This document shows positions 17,145 through 26,840 of a stretch of 64,000 nt of DNA, piece after piece. The translations under genes were made by a program, and so were the position numbers. The stretch lies in IMG/VR virus record IMGVR_UViG_2784132095_000001. One strand, 5' to 3'. The notes below the pieces were generated by a model. It was not told the origin of the DNA. It worked only from the letters and a program-made list of their open reading frames with translations, and searched no databases. Every line of letters begins with the position of its first letter. Position 1 is the stretch's first letter. Source of the DNA: a virus.

Positions 17145-18838
17145 ATCTATCCCTATTCGAAAACCCGTCTCCGCCGAAACTGCCTCTGCGCCCCTATCAG
17201 GAAGAATGTCTCCAAGCCATTAGGAAGGCCAAAGAGGAGGGGAAAAACCGGTTACTGGTGTCTTTGCCTACCGGCGGGGGTAAAACGGTCATATTTTCGC
17301 GTCTCCCTTCGCATTTGGAGGAGAAACGAAAGACACTCGTCCTGGCCCATCGTGATGAGCTTATCGGGCAGGCCCGGAGGAAATTCATCGCCAGCAATCC
17401 GGAGATGTTCGTTGAGATCGAACAGGCTGATCACTACTCCACCCCGTTCGCGCAAGCGGTGATCGCCTCGGTCGCCACCCTGGGCCCGGAGCGCGCCGCC
17501 AAGCGCCGGGGGCGTTTCTGGCCCGAACAGTACGGCATCATCATCACCGATGAATGCCACCATGCAGCTGCGAAGACGTATCAGAACATCTACGAGCATT
17601 TTGGTCTTCCCGATCGCAAAGACATTCTTCATGTTGGATTCACGGCCACCCCGAAGCGGGGCGACGGCGCCGGCCTGGGCGGTATTTACGAGGAGATCGT
17701 TTACCACAAAGACATCGGCGAGATGATCGATGAGGGGTGGTTGGTCGAGATTAAGGGTCGGCGGGTGTCGACCAGCACCGACCTCTCCCGGGTCCGATCG
17801 AGCATGGGCGATTTCCAAGAGAACGAGCTCGCCGAAGCAGTGAACAACGACAATCGAAACGCTCTTGTCGTCAAAAGTTATTTGGAATTTGCCGAAGGAA
17901 AGCGCTGCCTGGTCTTCGCCGTTGACACGGCGCACACGATCGCTTTAAGGGACACTTTTCTTGCTGCCGGAATCCCGACCGCGGCGGTGATTGGAACGAC
18001 CGACGTGGAGAAAGAGCGCCCTCAAATTTACGCCGATTTTGCGGCCGGCCGGATCAAGGTCATCGTCAACTGCATGGTGTTGACCGAAGGGTACGACGAG
18101 CCGACCGTGGAGGCGATTATCCAGGCGCGGCCGACCAAATCCTCCCTGCTCTACACCCAAATCATCGGCCGCGGCCTTCGTCTCTCCCCGGAAACCGGAA
18201 AGACTCATTGCCTGGTGATCGATCTGGTCGACAACTCCACAAAGAATTCGGTCAAGACGATCCCCTCCCTCTTTGGGCTTCCGGCCAATCTGGATTTAAA
18301 AGGGGGAGAGGTTCGCGCTGCAGAAAAGAAGATCAAGGCGTTTATCAAAGAGCACCCGATGAGCAAAACCGCGGTGGATCCGGAATCGTTGACCGACCTC
18401 GATCAACTCGAAATTCAATCCCAGGAGATCGATTTCTTTGCGCCTCCGAAACTCTCCGACGAGGTATTGGAAAACTCGAAACTGACATGGATTTCACGAT
18501 ACGGCGGTTGGACGATGAGCTGCGGCGCGGGCCGGGAGGCAAAGATCGAAAAAGACATCCTGGGGCATTATACGGTCACAATTCACGATGAGGGCCGTCT
18601 GATGGTCGACCAGAAGGAAAAGTCCATGGGATGCGCCTTCCAGGCGGCCGATCGATACGTTCGGGAGTTCTGGCCGGACGCGCTGAACCTGCTGCGTCAA
18701 AATGCGGGGTGGAAGTCGGCGCCGGCGACGGACGCGCAATTGAATATTCTTCGTCGGATGAGGATCCCTTTTCCGGCGAATATCACCAAAGGAGCGGCAT
18801 CGCTTTTAATCGGGCAAAAAATCGCATCACGAGGATAG
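17141..18838 (+). CDS. SF2 DEAD/DEAH-box helicase
   Basis: LPTGGGKT, DECHH, TAT, QIIGRGLR. Confidence 0.95.
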   Translation: MNLSLFENPSPPKLPLRPYQEECLQAIRKAKEEGKNRLLVSLPTGGGKTVIFSRLPSHLEEKRKTLVLAHRDELIGQARRKFIASNPEMFVEIEQADHYSTPFAQAVIASVATLGPERAAKRRGRFWPEQYGIIITDECHHAAAKTYQNIYEHFGLPDRKDILHVGFTATPKRGDGAGLGGIYEEIVYHKDIGEMIDEGWLVEIKGRRVSTSTDLSRVRSSMGDFQENELAEAVNNDNRNALVVKSYLEFAEGKRCLVFAVDTAHTIALRDTFLAAGIPTAAVIGTTDVEKERPQIYADFAAGRIKVIVNCMVLTEGYDEPTVEAIIQARPTKSSLLYTQIIGRGLRLSPETGKTHCLVIDLVDNSTKNSVKTIPSLFGLPANLDLKGGEVRAAEKKIKAFIKEHPMSKTAVDPESLTDLDQLEIQSQEIDFFAPPKLSDEVLENSKLTWISRYGGWTMSCGAGREAKIEKDILGHYTVTIHDEGRLMVDQKEKSMGCAFQAADRYVREFWPDALNLLRQNAGWKSAPATDAQLNILRRMRIPFPANITKGAASLLIGQKIASRG

Positions 18839-18851
18839 GGGGGGGAGATTC

Positions 18852-19607
18852 ATGTCGGAGAACGGCAAGGTGTCGCCGGTTGGAAAGACTGGCCGTGGGG
18901 TTACTTTTGGAGTCGTAAATTTCGAAAAATTTCAGCATTACAAAGATAGGAATCCGCCTTGGATCAAGCTTCACAACACACTGCTAGACAGCTACGAATT
19001 TGGATGCTTGCAAGATGCTAGCAAAGCGCACCTGCTTTTAATTTGGTTGCTAGCGAGTCGCCACAATAACCGTTTACCCCTAGATGAAAAATGGATATCA
19101 GAACGCATTCAAGCAAAGAAAAATGTTGACCTCGACGAACTAATAAAACTCAAATTTATCGAATGCTACGATGAATGTGGCATGTTGCTAGCAGATAGCT
19201 TGCAACATGATAGCAATCCGCTTGACCAGAGGAGAGGAGAGACAGAGGAGAGAATAAGTATAGGCAGCCAGTCTCTTTCACCTCTTTCAGAACTCTGGAA
19301 CCAAACCTTCAAAGACATCCTCCCTCAAGTCAAGCAATCTGGTTCAAGAAAGAAAAGGGAGGCGGCGCTGCTTAAGCAATACACCTTAGAGCAAATTAAA
19401 GAAGTGTTTTTGAGGATCGGTAAATCTGATTTTCTTTTGGGGAAATGTCCACCTCGAGATCCAGGTGGGAAAGTATTCATGGCGGACTACGATTGGTTTT
19501 TGGGGAAAGATAAAAACGGGACCGAGAACATCGTGAAGGTGATCGAGGGTAAATACGACAATCGGCCTGTTCAGCGGGAGCTCACGGAGGATCGGGTGAT
19601 TTTATGA
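18852..19607 (+). CDS. Putative replication initiator (O-like)
   Basis: N-terminal NFEKFQHYKDRNPPWIKLH; C-terminal ADYDWFLG...KVIEGKYD, typical of phage initiators. Confidence 0.7.
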   Translation: MSENGKVSPVGKTGRGVTFGVVNFEKFQHYKDRNPPWIKLHNTLLDSYEFGCLQDASKAHLLLIWLLASRHNNRLPLDEKWISERIQAKKNVDLDELIKLKFIECYDECGMLLADSLQHDSNPLDQRRGETEERISIGSQSLSPLSELWNQTFKDILPQVKQSGSRKKREAALLKQYTLEQIKEVFLRIGKSDFLLGKCPPRDPGGKVFMADYDWFLGKDKNGTENIVKVIEGKYDNRPVQRELTEDRVIL

Positions 19608-19906
19608 GCGAAGTGGAAGAATTAACTTGTTCGAGGTGCGGCGCGATCTTTTCTGAATTAAAAGCGAAGCTGGCTTTATCCGGTCCGCACGTCAAGGCCT
19701 CTTGCCCCGAGTGTGGCGGATACGTGAAATTCATCTCACAGGGTGGAGATCCGATGTTGTGGTTTGGAAAGTATCGAGGCAAGAAGCTGACCGATGTCGT
19801 GGCGAATGATCGGCAGTATTTGGAATGGTTGGTTTGTCAACATATCCAGCCGTCGTTGAGAAAGAAAATTAAAGGGGTGCTCCGTGGCGTTTCTGGAAGA
19901 GGCTAA
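19604..19906 (+). CDS. Zn-ribbon plus DUF3820-like (FGKYRGK) protein
   Basis: CSRC...CPEC; WFGKYRGKKLTDV...YLEWL. Confidence 0.65.
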   Translation: MSEVEELTCSRCGAIFSELKAKLALSGPHVKASCPECGGYVKFISQGGDPMLWFGKYRGKKLTDVVANDRQYLEWLVCQHIQPSLRKKIKGVLRGVSGRG

Positions 19907-21515
19907 AAAATACCTACTCCGCGGTTGGTCTGTGGTCCCCCTGGAGGCGAAGGGGAAGAAGCCGTTGATCTCCTGGAAGGAATATCAGGAGCGGCAGGCG
20001 ACCGTAAACGAAATTGAATCCTGGTTTAAATGGGAAAACAACATCGGCATTGTCACCGGGAAGATATCCGGAATTACAGTGATCGATTGTGACTCGCCGG
20101 CCGCGATCGATCTTGCGAGCAAAAAGGGATTGCCGACCTGTCCGACCGTGAAGACCGGAAAGGGGTACCATTTTTACTACGCCTATGAACCCGGCGTTGG
20201 AAACTTCCAAAAGCGGGATGATCTTCCCGGGATCGATCTTCGAGGGGATGGGGGCTTTGTTGTGGCGCCTCCGTCGATTCATCCGTCTGGCGCGGTGTAT
20301 TCCTGGGAAGGCGAAACGAGAGATCTTCCTCCGCTTCCGAAGTGGATTCTCCGAGATGGCGAGCGGAAATCTTCTCCTGGAACGTTCACAGATTATTTCC
20401 AGGGGGCCCAGCTGGGGAGCCGAAACGATACGCTGGCGAGAATGACGGGCTTCTTGGCGAAGAACATCCCGTATCAAGATGCGTTGGAATTCGCTCTTGT
20501 TTGGAACACGAAAAACAATCCCCCTCTTCCGCATGATGAGATCGAGCGGACCGTGTTGAGCATCTACCGGCTGGAAGGGATTGCTCGCGCGAAGAAAGCG
20601 GAAGAGCCGGCGGCGCCAACGGCCGGCCCTGTTATCGAAGACGAAGAAGAGAACGCCAAGGAGGTTTTGGAGATCGATGATTTATCCGATGGGATCGATT
20701 CCATGTACGAGGAAGGACTCCCCCCGGGAGAGTCAACGGGGTGGAAGACTCTCGATCCGCACTACACGGTTCATCCAGGTCAAATAACCATCGTTACGGG
20801 CATCCCAGGTCACGGCAAGAGCGAGTTTATCGATGCGTTGATGGTGAATCTTGTCACGGCCAAGCAATGGAAATTTGCTATTTTCTCCGCAGAGAGTAAA
20901 CCAGATCGTCATTCGGTCGGCCTTATCGAGAAGTTTGTCGGAATGCCGTTCGGGAAGGGGCCGAGCCAACGAATGGATAAACTTCGGGTTGAGGCCGGGA
21001 AAGAATTCTTAAGGGGCAGGTTTTTTTTCTTGGAGCCCTCCGAGAAGCATACGACGTTGGATTGGATCATCGAGCAAGCCGGCATTTTGGTCGCTCAAAA
21101 AGGAATCAATGGGCTTTTGATTGATCCGTGGAACGAGTTGGAGCACAAGCGATCGAACGGGGTTTCTGAGACTGAATACATTTCACAGAGTTTGTCGAAG
21201 CTGCGACGTTTTAGGAGACGAACAAACGTTCATGTCTTTCTCGTCGCTCATCCGCAAAAACTCAATCGGGACTCGAAGGGGAATTATCCGGTTCCGACGC
21301 TTTACGATATTTCAGGGTCGGCTCATTGGAGAAATAAGGCCGATAGCGGGGTGTGCGTTTGGCGCGACGTCGCTCAAGAGCGGTCGACTCAGATAACGAA
21401 AATATACATTCAGAAGATCAAAACGAAGGAAACCGGAAAGGTCGGCGTGGTCGATTTGATTTACGATCGTGTGACCGGCCGGTATTCGGATAAGCCGTGG
21501 GATCATGGGTTATAG
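19884..21515 (+). CDS. Bifunctional primase-polymerase (AEP) + PriCT + SF4/Twinkle-like helicase
   Basis: NIGIVTG...VIDCD, YHFYY, DLRGDGGFVVAPPSIH; GSRNDTL; Walker A GIPGHGKS; LLIDPWN; VAHP. Confidence 0.92.
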   Translation: MAFLEEAKKYLLRGWSVVPLEAKGKKPLISWKEYQERQATVNEIESWFKWENNIGIVTGKISGITVIDCDSPAAIDLASKKGLPTCPTVKTGKGYHFYYAYEPGVGNFQKRDDLPGIDLRGDGGFVVAPPSIHPSGAVYSWEGETRDLPPLPKWILRDGERKSSPGTFTDYFQGAQLGSRNDTLARMTGFLAKNIPYQDALEFALVWNTKNNPPLPHDEIERTVLSIYRLEGIARAKKAEEPAAPTAGPVIEDEEENAKEVLEIDDLSDGIDSMYEEGLPPGESTGWKTLDPHYTVHPGQITIVTGIPGHGKSEFIDALMVNLVTAKQWKFAIFSAESKPDRHSVGLIEKFVGMPFGKGPSQRMDKLRVEAGKEFLRGRFFFLEPSEKHTTLDWIIEQAGILVAQKGINGLLIDPWNELEHKRSNGVSETEYISQSLSKLRRFRRRTNVHVFLVAHPQKLNRDSKGNYPVPTLYDISGSAHWRNKADSGVCVWRDVAQERSTQITKIYIQKIKTKETGKVGVVDLIYDRVTGRYSDKPWDHGL

Positions 21516-21552
21516 AAAAAGCCCGATAATAAACCAAAAAAGGAGGAATAAA

Positions 21553-21894
21553 ATGCCGAAAGCGAAGGGAAGCAAGAATAAAACAAAAGTCACCGTTCAT
21601 GTTTCGAAGAACGTGAAGAAGGAAACAATCAAAGCCATTGATGGGATGGCGGAGATGGTCGCCAATCGGCCGAGTTCTTCTCGATGGCCGAGCTCGCCTG
21701 AGCTTGAAGAAATGGCGAGAACTCACGAGAATCCAACTGTTCGCGGGATTTGCGAGGAGGTGTTGTCGCTGAGGAATCATGTGAAATCTCAGCGTCAAAC
21801 GATTGCGCGCCTGGAATCTCGCCAAGAGGGGTTTCTTTGTCTCATGGAGGCCCAAGGGTATGCGCGGGGGTTCGTCGGCCGATCTCCTGAGTAA
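21553..21894 (+). CDS. Hypothetical protein
   Basis: SD AGGAGG; last gene of the early operon. Confidence 0.65.
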   Translation: MPKAKGSKNKTKVTVHVSKNVKKETIKAIDGMAEMVANRPSSSRWPSSPELEEMARTHENPTVRGICEEVLSLRNHVKSQRQTIARLESRQEGFLCLMEAQGYARGFVGRSPE

Positions 21895-21901
21895 TTATGT
21901 G

Positions 21902-22141
21902 TTATGCGTCCAGCGTGACATGAATAAAATCGTCTTTGTCGTTGCATTGTGCTCGTACTGGATCTCCAGCGAGGAGCCGCTTGTCTGTGCGGATAGTCCA
22001 TCCTGCTTTTGTGCCACAGGGGCTTTCGCGTTCGGCGAATTCAGTTATTTTTTTGTTGCTCCAATTTTTAGGGACGCAGACCTGGCAATCAAAGACTCCA
22101 TTGCGAATCATTTCAGGTGTTTTGTGGGATTGAGTTACCAT
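21902..22141 (-). CDS. Small Cys-containing hypothetical protein
   Basis: CQVCVPKNWS...PCGTKAGW...C; last gene of the reverse mini-operon. Confidence 0.65.
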   Translation of the reverse strand: MVTQSHKTPEMIRNGVFDCQVCVPKNWSNKKITEFAERESPCGTKAGWTIRTDKRLLAGDPVRAQCNDKDDFIHVTLDA

Positions 22142-22142
22142 T

Positions 22143-22334
22143 TCATTCTCCTGTTTTTTTCGGAATGAGGTTTAAATCTTTCAGTAGCTTTCGAACGGCA
22201 TCGTTGGTGATTTCATTGATGGACTTATCGGAATCGATCGAGTAAATCCGAAGTGGTCGCGAGATGTCGTCATCGAAGCGAATGTTGATCGCGTAGGGTT
22301 TTGGTTGGGTCTCTTTTTTCTTGCCATTTTTCAA
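22143..22334 (-). CDS. Ribbon-helix-helix (Arc/CopG-like) DNA-binding protein
   Basis: TTG start with SD GGAGGT; strand YAINIRF, helix DDISRPLRIYS, helix SINEITNDAVRKLL. Confidence 0.7.
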   Translation of the reverse strand: MKNGKKKETQPKPYAINIRFDDDISRPLRIYSIDSDKSINEITNDAVRKLLKDLNLIPKKTGE

Positions 22335-22390
22335 GTTTACCTCCGTTTCTCCCCCGCCCCTACGATGAGAGACGGGGATTTGATTTGGCA

Positions 22391-22419
22391 AATTATCGGA
22401 TATCGATAATTCGATAATT
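22391..22419. promoter_or_regulatory. Palindromic operator candidate, copy 1
   Basis: AATTATCG-N13-CGATAATT upstream of the RHH gene. Confidence 0.6.
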
Positions 22420-22422
22420 ACT

Positions 22423-22662
22423 CTAAGTGAAGTATCGCTGGAGGACGACGGGGAAGTCCTCATCCGACCACGACAGCCCCCGATTCGCGTTTACTATCGC
22501 CGCCACCTCCGCCTTAGAAAGCCGTCCATGTAGAGTCCCATCGGCGTCGATCTCCGCAACGATTTTTCCATCCGCGTCTGTGATGTACGCGGCCCCCGTA
22601 TCCGGGTAGCCGTACGATGTGCTGTGGCATTCATATTTTTCCCATTTCTTCGTCTTCTTCAT
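22423..22662 (-). CDS. Hypothetical protein
   Basis: 79 aa, SD GGAG. Confidence 0.6.
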   Translation of the reverse strand: MKKTKKWEKYECHSTSYGYPDTGAAYITDADGKIVAEIDADGTLHGRLSKAEVAAIVNANRGLSWSDEDFPVVLQRYFT

Positions 22663-22730
22663 CTCCCCCTCCCTCGTTTGGTTGATCCCTCAAGCCTGCC
22701 CCCGATCGAGATCAGGAGCAGGGGGAAGGA

Positions 22731-22904
22731 TCAAGCTTTGCACGCTCTCCCGGCGAATTTCTCGGGATTGCTGGTGCGGACCGAAAAGCCACATTCCATG
22801 CAGGTCACGACATGACGGTCTGTCTCCATAGTATGTGCGGTGACGTGGTCGATCACGTGCGTTTCCAGGAATTCTTTCTGCGTCATCGTCTCTGTATTTT
22901 TCAT
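22731..22904 (-). CDS. Small Zn-ribbon-like protein
   Basis: SD GGAGGAGG; H...CMECG. Confidence 0.6.
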   Translation of the reverse strand: MKNTETMTQKEFLETHVIDHVTAHTMETDRHVVTCMECGFSVRTSNPEKFAGRACKA

Positions 22905-22946
22905 TTTCTCCTCCTCCATTGTTGGTTGCTCACTCTCTATGATGTA

Positions 22947-22976
22947 TTTATACCATTGCACTACAATATAAGTCAA
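22947..22976 (-). promoter_or_regulatory. Leftward sigma70 promoter for the reverse mini-operon
   Basis: On the minus strand TTGACT-N18-TATAAA with an extended -10 TG. Confidence 0.65.
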
Positions 22977-23050
22977 TAAAAAAGATTGGTAAAAAAGTAA
23001 GGTCGTGTTTTTGTTGCGCATCGACTGTGGATTTTGTACGCTGTGTGAGT

Positions 23051-23656
23051 ATGGGGAAAGCGAAGGTTGAGAAGCCGAAAGAAAAGCCGAAAAAGCGAAG
23101 AACGCGCGCGCAACGGATCGAGGACATTCTTGGGAAGTTGTCGATTAAGGAGCGCCGCTTGATCGAAGCGAGACTGGCGGGGAAGACGAAAACGGAAGCG
23201 GCCGACTATGCGGGGTACGTTGTTGCGCCGAAAACGAAAACGAAAAACCTCTGTACGCTTGCCACTCGCCGGCTGGAGCGGCCCGAAGTAAAGCAGGCGC
23301 TCACGGTTCTTCTCGAACAATACAACCTTGGTATAGATCGATTGCTCAGAAAGATTTCGGAGGGAACGGACGCAACGAAGGTTGTTGCGCTGGTTGCGAT
23401 TCCGATCCAGAAAACCGGAGAAGAGTCGAAAAGCGGGAACGAGTTGCAGGATGCGAGCGAGCAAACTCAGAACTATGCCGAAGTCCCGGACATGCCGACG
23501 CGCTTAAATTATATCAAGACGGCGCTGGCGCTTCATGGGTTGCCGGATAAAGACAAAGGTGAGGGAGAAGGCGAAACGTATGCTGAACGCATTCGCGCGT
23601 TTTGGAGGCGGCAAGAAGAGATGGCGATCGATACGACCGCGACGGAGGTGAAGTGA
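23051..23656 (+). CDS. Terminase small subunit-like protein
   Basis: LAGKTKTEAADYAGY...LATRRLERPEVKQAL HTH pattern; first gene of the late arm. Confidence 0.6.
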   Translation: MGKAKVEKPKEKPKKRRTRAQRIEDILGKLSIKERRLIEARLAGKTKTEAADYAGYVVAPKTKTKNLCTLATRRLERPEVKQALTVLLEQYNLGIDRLLRKISEGTDATKVVALVAIPIQKTGEESKSGNELQDASEQTQNYAEVPDMPTRLNYIKTALALHGLPDKDKGEGEGETYAERIRAFWRRQEEMAIDTTATEVK

Positions 23657-23886
23657 TCCTCTTCCCAGGCGACAAAATTTATTTTGACTCTCCGCTCCTC
23701 GGCAAAGTTGGTCCGGCGTCCGTGGTTTCTTTGACCGTCGACGGAATCCTCGTTGATCATCCGATCGTCGGCACGATCGTTTCGATTCCGCGTGAGTGGG
23801 TGATCGAGGGGGCCAAAGAGGTTAAGCCAAAAGAGGTATTATTTAAGCTTGATGGTGTCAATATTCAGGTGAAGCCGATTTTTTGA
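23653..23886 (+). CDS. Hypothetical protein
   Basis: GTGA coupling. Confidence 0.55.
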   Translation: MILFPGDKIYFDSPLLGKVGPASVVSLTVDGILVDHPIVGTIVSIPREWVIEGAKEVKPKEVLFKLDGVNIQVKPIF

Positions 23887-23898
23887 GGGGGGGCGATC

Positions 23899-24141
23899 GT
23901 GCCAAAGGTTTGTGAAAAGGTTGTGGGGGCCGAGTTAAAACCCATCACTGGAATGTCCGAGATCGAGGCGTGGCGGTGGCTGGAGAAGCGGCCGGCCGGT
24001 CTCGAATACGTTTTCGAGAATGATAAGTTTAAGTGTGTCGGTCTTCATCTTGGGCATTCCTCTTTTTTTGCGGACAGCGTTTTAAGTGTCGTTCTTGTGG
24101 CTCGCGCGGAGCTTCGAAAGCGGGGGCTGCCGGATGAGTAG
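23899..24141 (+). CDS. Hypothetical protein
   Basis: 80 aa, SD present. Confidence 0.55.
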   Translation: MPKVCEKVVGAELKPITGMSEIEAWRWLEKRPAGLEYVFENDKFKCVGLHLGHSSFFADSVLSVVLVARAELRKRGLPDE

Positions 24142-25390
24142 CGGAAATTGGGATGGCGGGGTGGTCAGTGAATGGTTTAGGAGGCTTTGCGAAATGCGTA
24201 TTTCACAGGTCTTCCCTTATTTGATCATCACGAAAACGACCGTCGCGCCGGATTGTAAGGTGAGCATAGGGGTCGGCAATCCTGGGGAAGGTGAAATTCA
24301 GGTTGATGTCAATGCGTCGGGGATTGTCGATTGGAGCCATAATCCAACGGAGGTTAACTCGGTGAGTTCAGCGATGGATCACTACATCCAGGAACGCGCG
24401 CGACTTGAGGCGGAGCGACGGGAGCGGGAAATCCGGGAAGAGTTGTTTGCCGGAGAAACTCCGAACGGGAATATCATGGATTATGATGTGATTCGCGTTC
24501 CGGAGCATCAACGGGTTGTGTGCGCGCATTATGATTCGATCGGGAGAGGGATCGCTCCTGGCGTTAACGCGAATAGCCATACCGTTCAGTTTCGACCGAT
24601 TGTTCGCTTTCATGGGTGTTATGTCGGGTTCTGTCATGAAAAAAGAAAAATCTACGTGGTTGAGAGGCGCTATCGTACCTGTGAGGTGGAGGTTTCGGAG
24701 CAGGATATAGAATTCGAGCCCCATATTCAACCTTCTCCGGATCTCTTGGTAATGGCGAAATGCTCGGTCCATAATTTGGGGTTTAGTTTTAGGTTACATT
24801 GGTCTGAACGTACCAGTGGTGTGGGTGTTGTCGTGAGTAGAGTGAAGAAGCGCCTTAAAAGGCTTTGCGATGAGCAAAGCAGGCCGCGGCCATCCTTCGA
24901 GCAAGAGTATCCGGCGGTGGTATCTGAGGCGTTTGAAGCCCGAAGACTTCTCGATGAGCAGCCGATCCCGGAAGAGGGTAGGGTGGTTTGGCCCGCTACG
25001 TCTATTTCGCGGGAAGAGGCGAGACGGGTAAACGAAGTGCTGAACGAACACTACCGAAGAATGGTCGATCGTCTCAGCCGTCAGGAGATGCCGAGATTTT
25101 ATGGGGCTGATCGTTCTGACCGTGAATCCCTCCCCCAAACCTCAAAGCCGCCGATCTCCGCGTCTACCTGTTCATCCTGCAAAGCTGAAAACCTCGAAAA
25201 CTTCCTGCGCGCCGGCGGAAAGGTTTACTGTCATGCCTGCTTCGAGAAGTTTCCGTCGTGTTGCTTCTGTGGGAACAAGGTTCCTTGGGAATCTTCGTAC
25301 ACGTCGAAGCGCGATGATAAGCGGCTTGCGTGTCCTCCGTGTATCGAGGAGAGAAAGGGTCAGAAGTTGGTCAAGGAGGTGGCTGAGTGA
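24134..25390 (+). CDS. Hypothetical protein with C-terminal Zn fingers
   Basis: ~418 aa; CSSC...CHAC, CCFC...CPPC. Confidence 0.7.
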   Translation: MSSGNWDGGVVSEWFRRLCEMRISQVFPYLIITKTTVAPDCKVSIGVGNPGEGEIQVDVNASGIVDWSHNPTEVNSVSSAMDHYIQERARLEAERREREIREELFAGETPNGNIMDYDVIRVPEHQRVVCAHYDSIGRGIAPGVNANSHTVQFRPIVRFHGCYVGFCHEKRKIYVVERRYRTCEVEVSEQDIEFEPHIQPSPDLLVMAKCSVHNLGFSFRLHWSERTSGVGVVVSRVKKRLKRLCDEQSRPRPSFEQEYPAVVSEAFEARRLLDEQPIPEEGRVVWPATSISREEARRVNEVLNEHYRRMVDRLSRQEMPRFYGADRSDRESLPQTSKPPISASTCSSCKAENLENFLRAGGKVYCHACFEKFPSCCFCGNKVPWESSYTSKRDDKRLACPPCIEERKGQKLVKEVAE

Positions 25391-25599
25391 CGCCGTGCGT
25401 CTTCACCGATCCGGTCAATGTTGGAGCGACCCAAGTTAAGATTATTTCTGTTACCTGCACAAAGCATGGGACCAGGGCACATGCGACCGTTTATTCCGAT
25501 TATGACGGAGTGGTAAGCGAGATGCGTAACATGATCGAAGCGCATTGCTTCGAGAAGTTTATGAGAAAGCAAATGGGTGTTGAAGAGAGGGCCGGATGA
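25387..25599 (+). CDS. Hypothetical protein
   Basis: Coupled ORF. Confidence 0.5.
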   Translation: MTPCVFTDPVNVGATQVKIISVTCTKHGTRAHATVYSDYDGVVSEMRNMIEAHCFEKFMRKQMGVEERAG

Positions 25600-25931
25600 A
25601 CGAGCATATCAGGTTTCAGGCGAACAGGAGCTTTTCGATTTTTGGAATTGATCTGCTGGTTGGTCTGGAAGATTTTAATGGGCAGATCGTGGCCACTGGA
25701 AAGCCAATCGAGTTTAATTCTTATGTTGCTGGAAGAAGAGTCGAAGCGCCTACGCTCAGCCTCAAGGACGGAGAGGCGCAACTGCTTATGGATGAGCTTT
25801 GGAAGGTTGGTATTCGCCCGTCCAGTGGGCAAGGATCGGTGGGCCAGCTTGCTGCGACTGAACGCCATTTATCCGATATGAGGACGATTGTTTTTGATAA
25901 ACTAAAAATCCCACAAAAGGAGAATCCATGA
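25596..25931 (+). CDS. Hypothetical phage protein
   Basis: AQLLMDELWKVGIRPS...LAATERHLSDMR; coupled at both ends. Confidence 0.65.
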   Translation: MNEHIRFQANRSFSIFGIDLLVGLEDFNGQIVATGKPIEFNSYVAGRRVEAPTLSLKDGEAQLLMDELWKVGIRPSSGQGSVGQLAATERHLSDMRTIVFDKLKIPQKENP

Positions 25932-26287
25932 AAAGAATTCTGTTCGTCTTGACCGTGTTGATCTTTCTCGCCGCGCTTCCTGTTTTCGCCGAAGAAAAAG
26001 TAGCTGAGGAAAAGAAGCCTGAGACTGTTAAAGAAACCCGAATTTGCTGGAGTGTCGGATCGACCATGCGGACGTTTCCGGCCGACAAGCATCCGACCGG
26101 GGAAGAGCTCGTAAAGTTTTTAAACAATCAGCCTCCGGGCCCATTCTGGACGTTGAAGTCGATCACAGAGCCGACCGTCAACGATCCGAAGTATCGTGTG
26201 ACGATCGAGTGGGCGCTGGCTGGATTTCCGAGTATTTGCGAGGTGGACGCTCCGAAGCCCGCGGCGAAGAAGGAGGAAAAGAAGTGA
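25928..26287 (+). CDS. Secreted protein
   Basis: Signal peptide MKRILFVLTVLIFLAALPVFA. Confidence 0.7.
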   Translation: MKRILFVLTVLIFLAALPVFAEEKVAEEKKPETVKETRICWSVGSTMRTFPADKHPTGEELVKFLNNQPPGPFWTLKSITEPTVNDPKYRVTIEWALAGFPSICEVDAPKPAAKKEEKK

Positions 26288-26469
26288 GGGTTTTCGTTTT
26301 CTCTTTAATCTCATTCATCTGCGGGATCGTCTTGACCGTTCTCTTTCTTCGGGCGATTGAGGCGGTGCATGAGCACAAGATAGAATTTTTCTACGATACT
26401 GAAATGAAAAAGCTTGGTATGAGGGTTGGGTTAAAGAACCCTATGCCGGATCGAGAGGTTGATAGGTGA
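26284..26469 (+). CDS. Small membrane protein
   Basis: Single N-terminal TM segment; GTGA coupling. Confidence 0.5.
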   Translation: MRVFVFSLISFICGIVLTVLFLRAIEAVHEHKIEFFYDTEMKKLGMRVGLKNPMPDREVDR

Positions 26470-26714
26470 TCTATGTCGTCGCCGGTTGTCATAATCAGTA
26501 CCTGAGTTTTCTACGAGAAAACAATCTAACTCCTCGCCAAGCAAAGTTTGTTTGTATGGCTGAGGATGTTCACGGCATCGTAGGCGGGGATCTGGCTTTT
26601 TATGGAACACCGGAAAACAATAAGATGTTCGGGGATTCATACCTTCGCCACCTTTTGAAGGTTGGAGTGTTGAGGACATATGAACCAAAAGCCGCTGCTT
26701 CCAAAAAGCCTTGA
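26466..26714 (+). CDS. Hypothetical protein
   Basis: 82 aa, coupled. Confidence 0.55.
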   Translation: MIYVVAGCHNQYLSFLRENNLTPRQAKFVCMAEDVHGIVGGDLAFYGTPENNKMFGDSYLRHLLKVGVLRTYEPKAAASKKP

Positions 26715-26840
26715 AAAGGCGTTTGATGAGATTTTTAAGGTTCATATGTATCAACGGTATATTTTGAAAATTAAACCAGGTCAAAAGGTTATTATTCCGA
26801 AGCTCAGAACGAGACTGAGCGATATAAAGTAAGTTTACGA

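Noticed and set aside
21510-21530. CGATAAT half-site before the last early gene
   Set aside because: No matching left arm at N13 spacing, so not counted as an operator copy.
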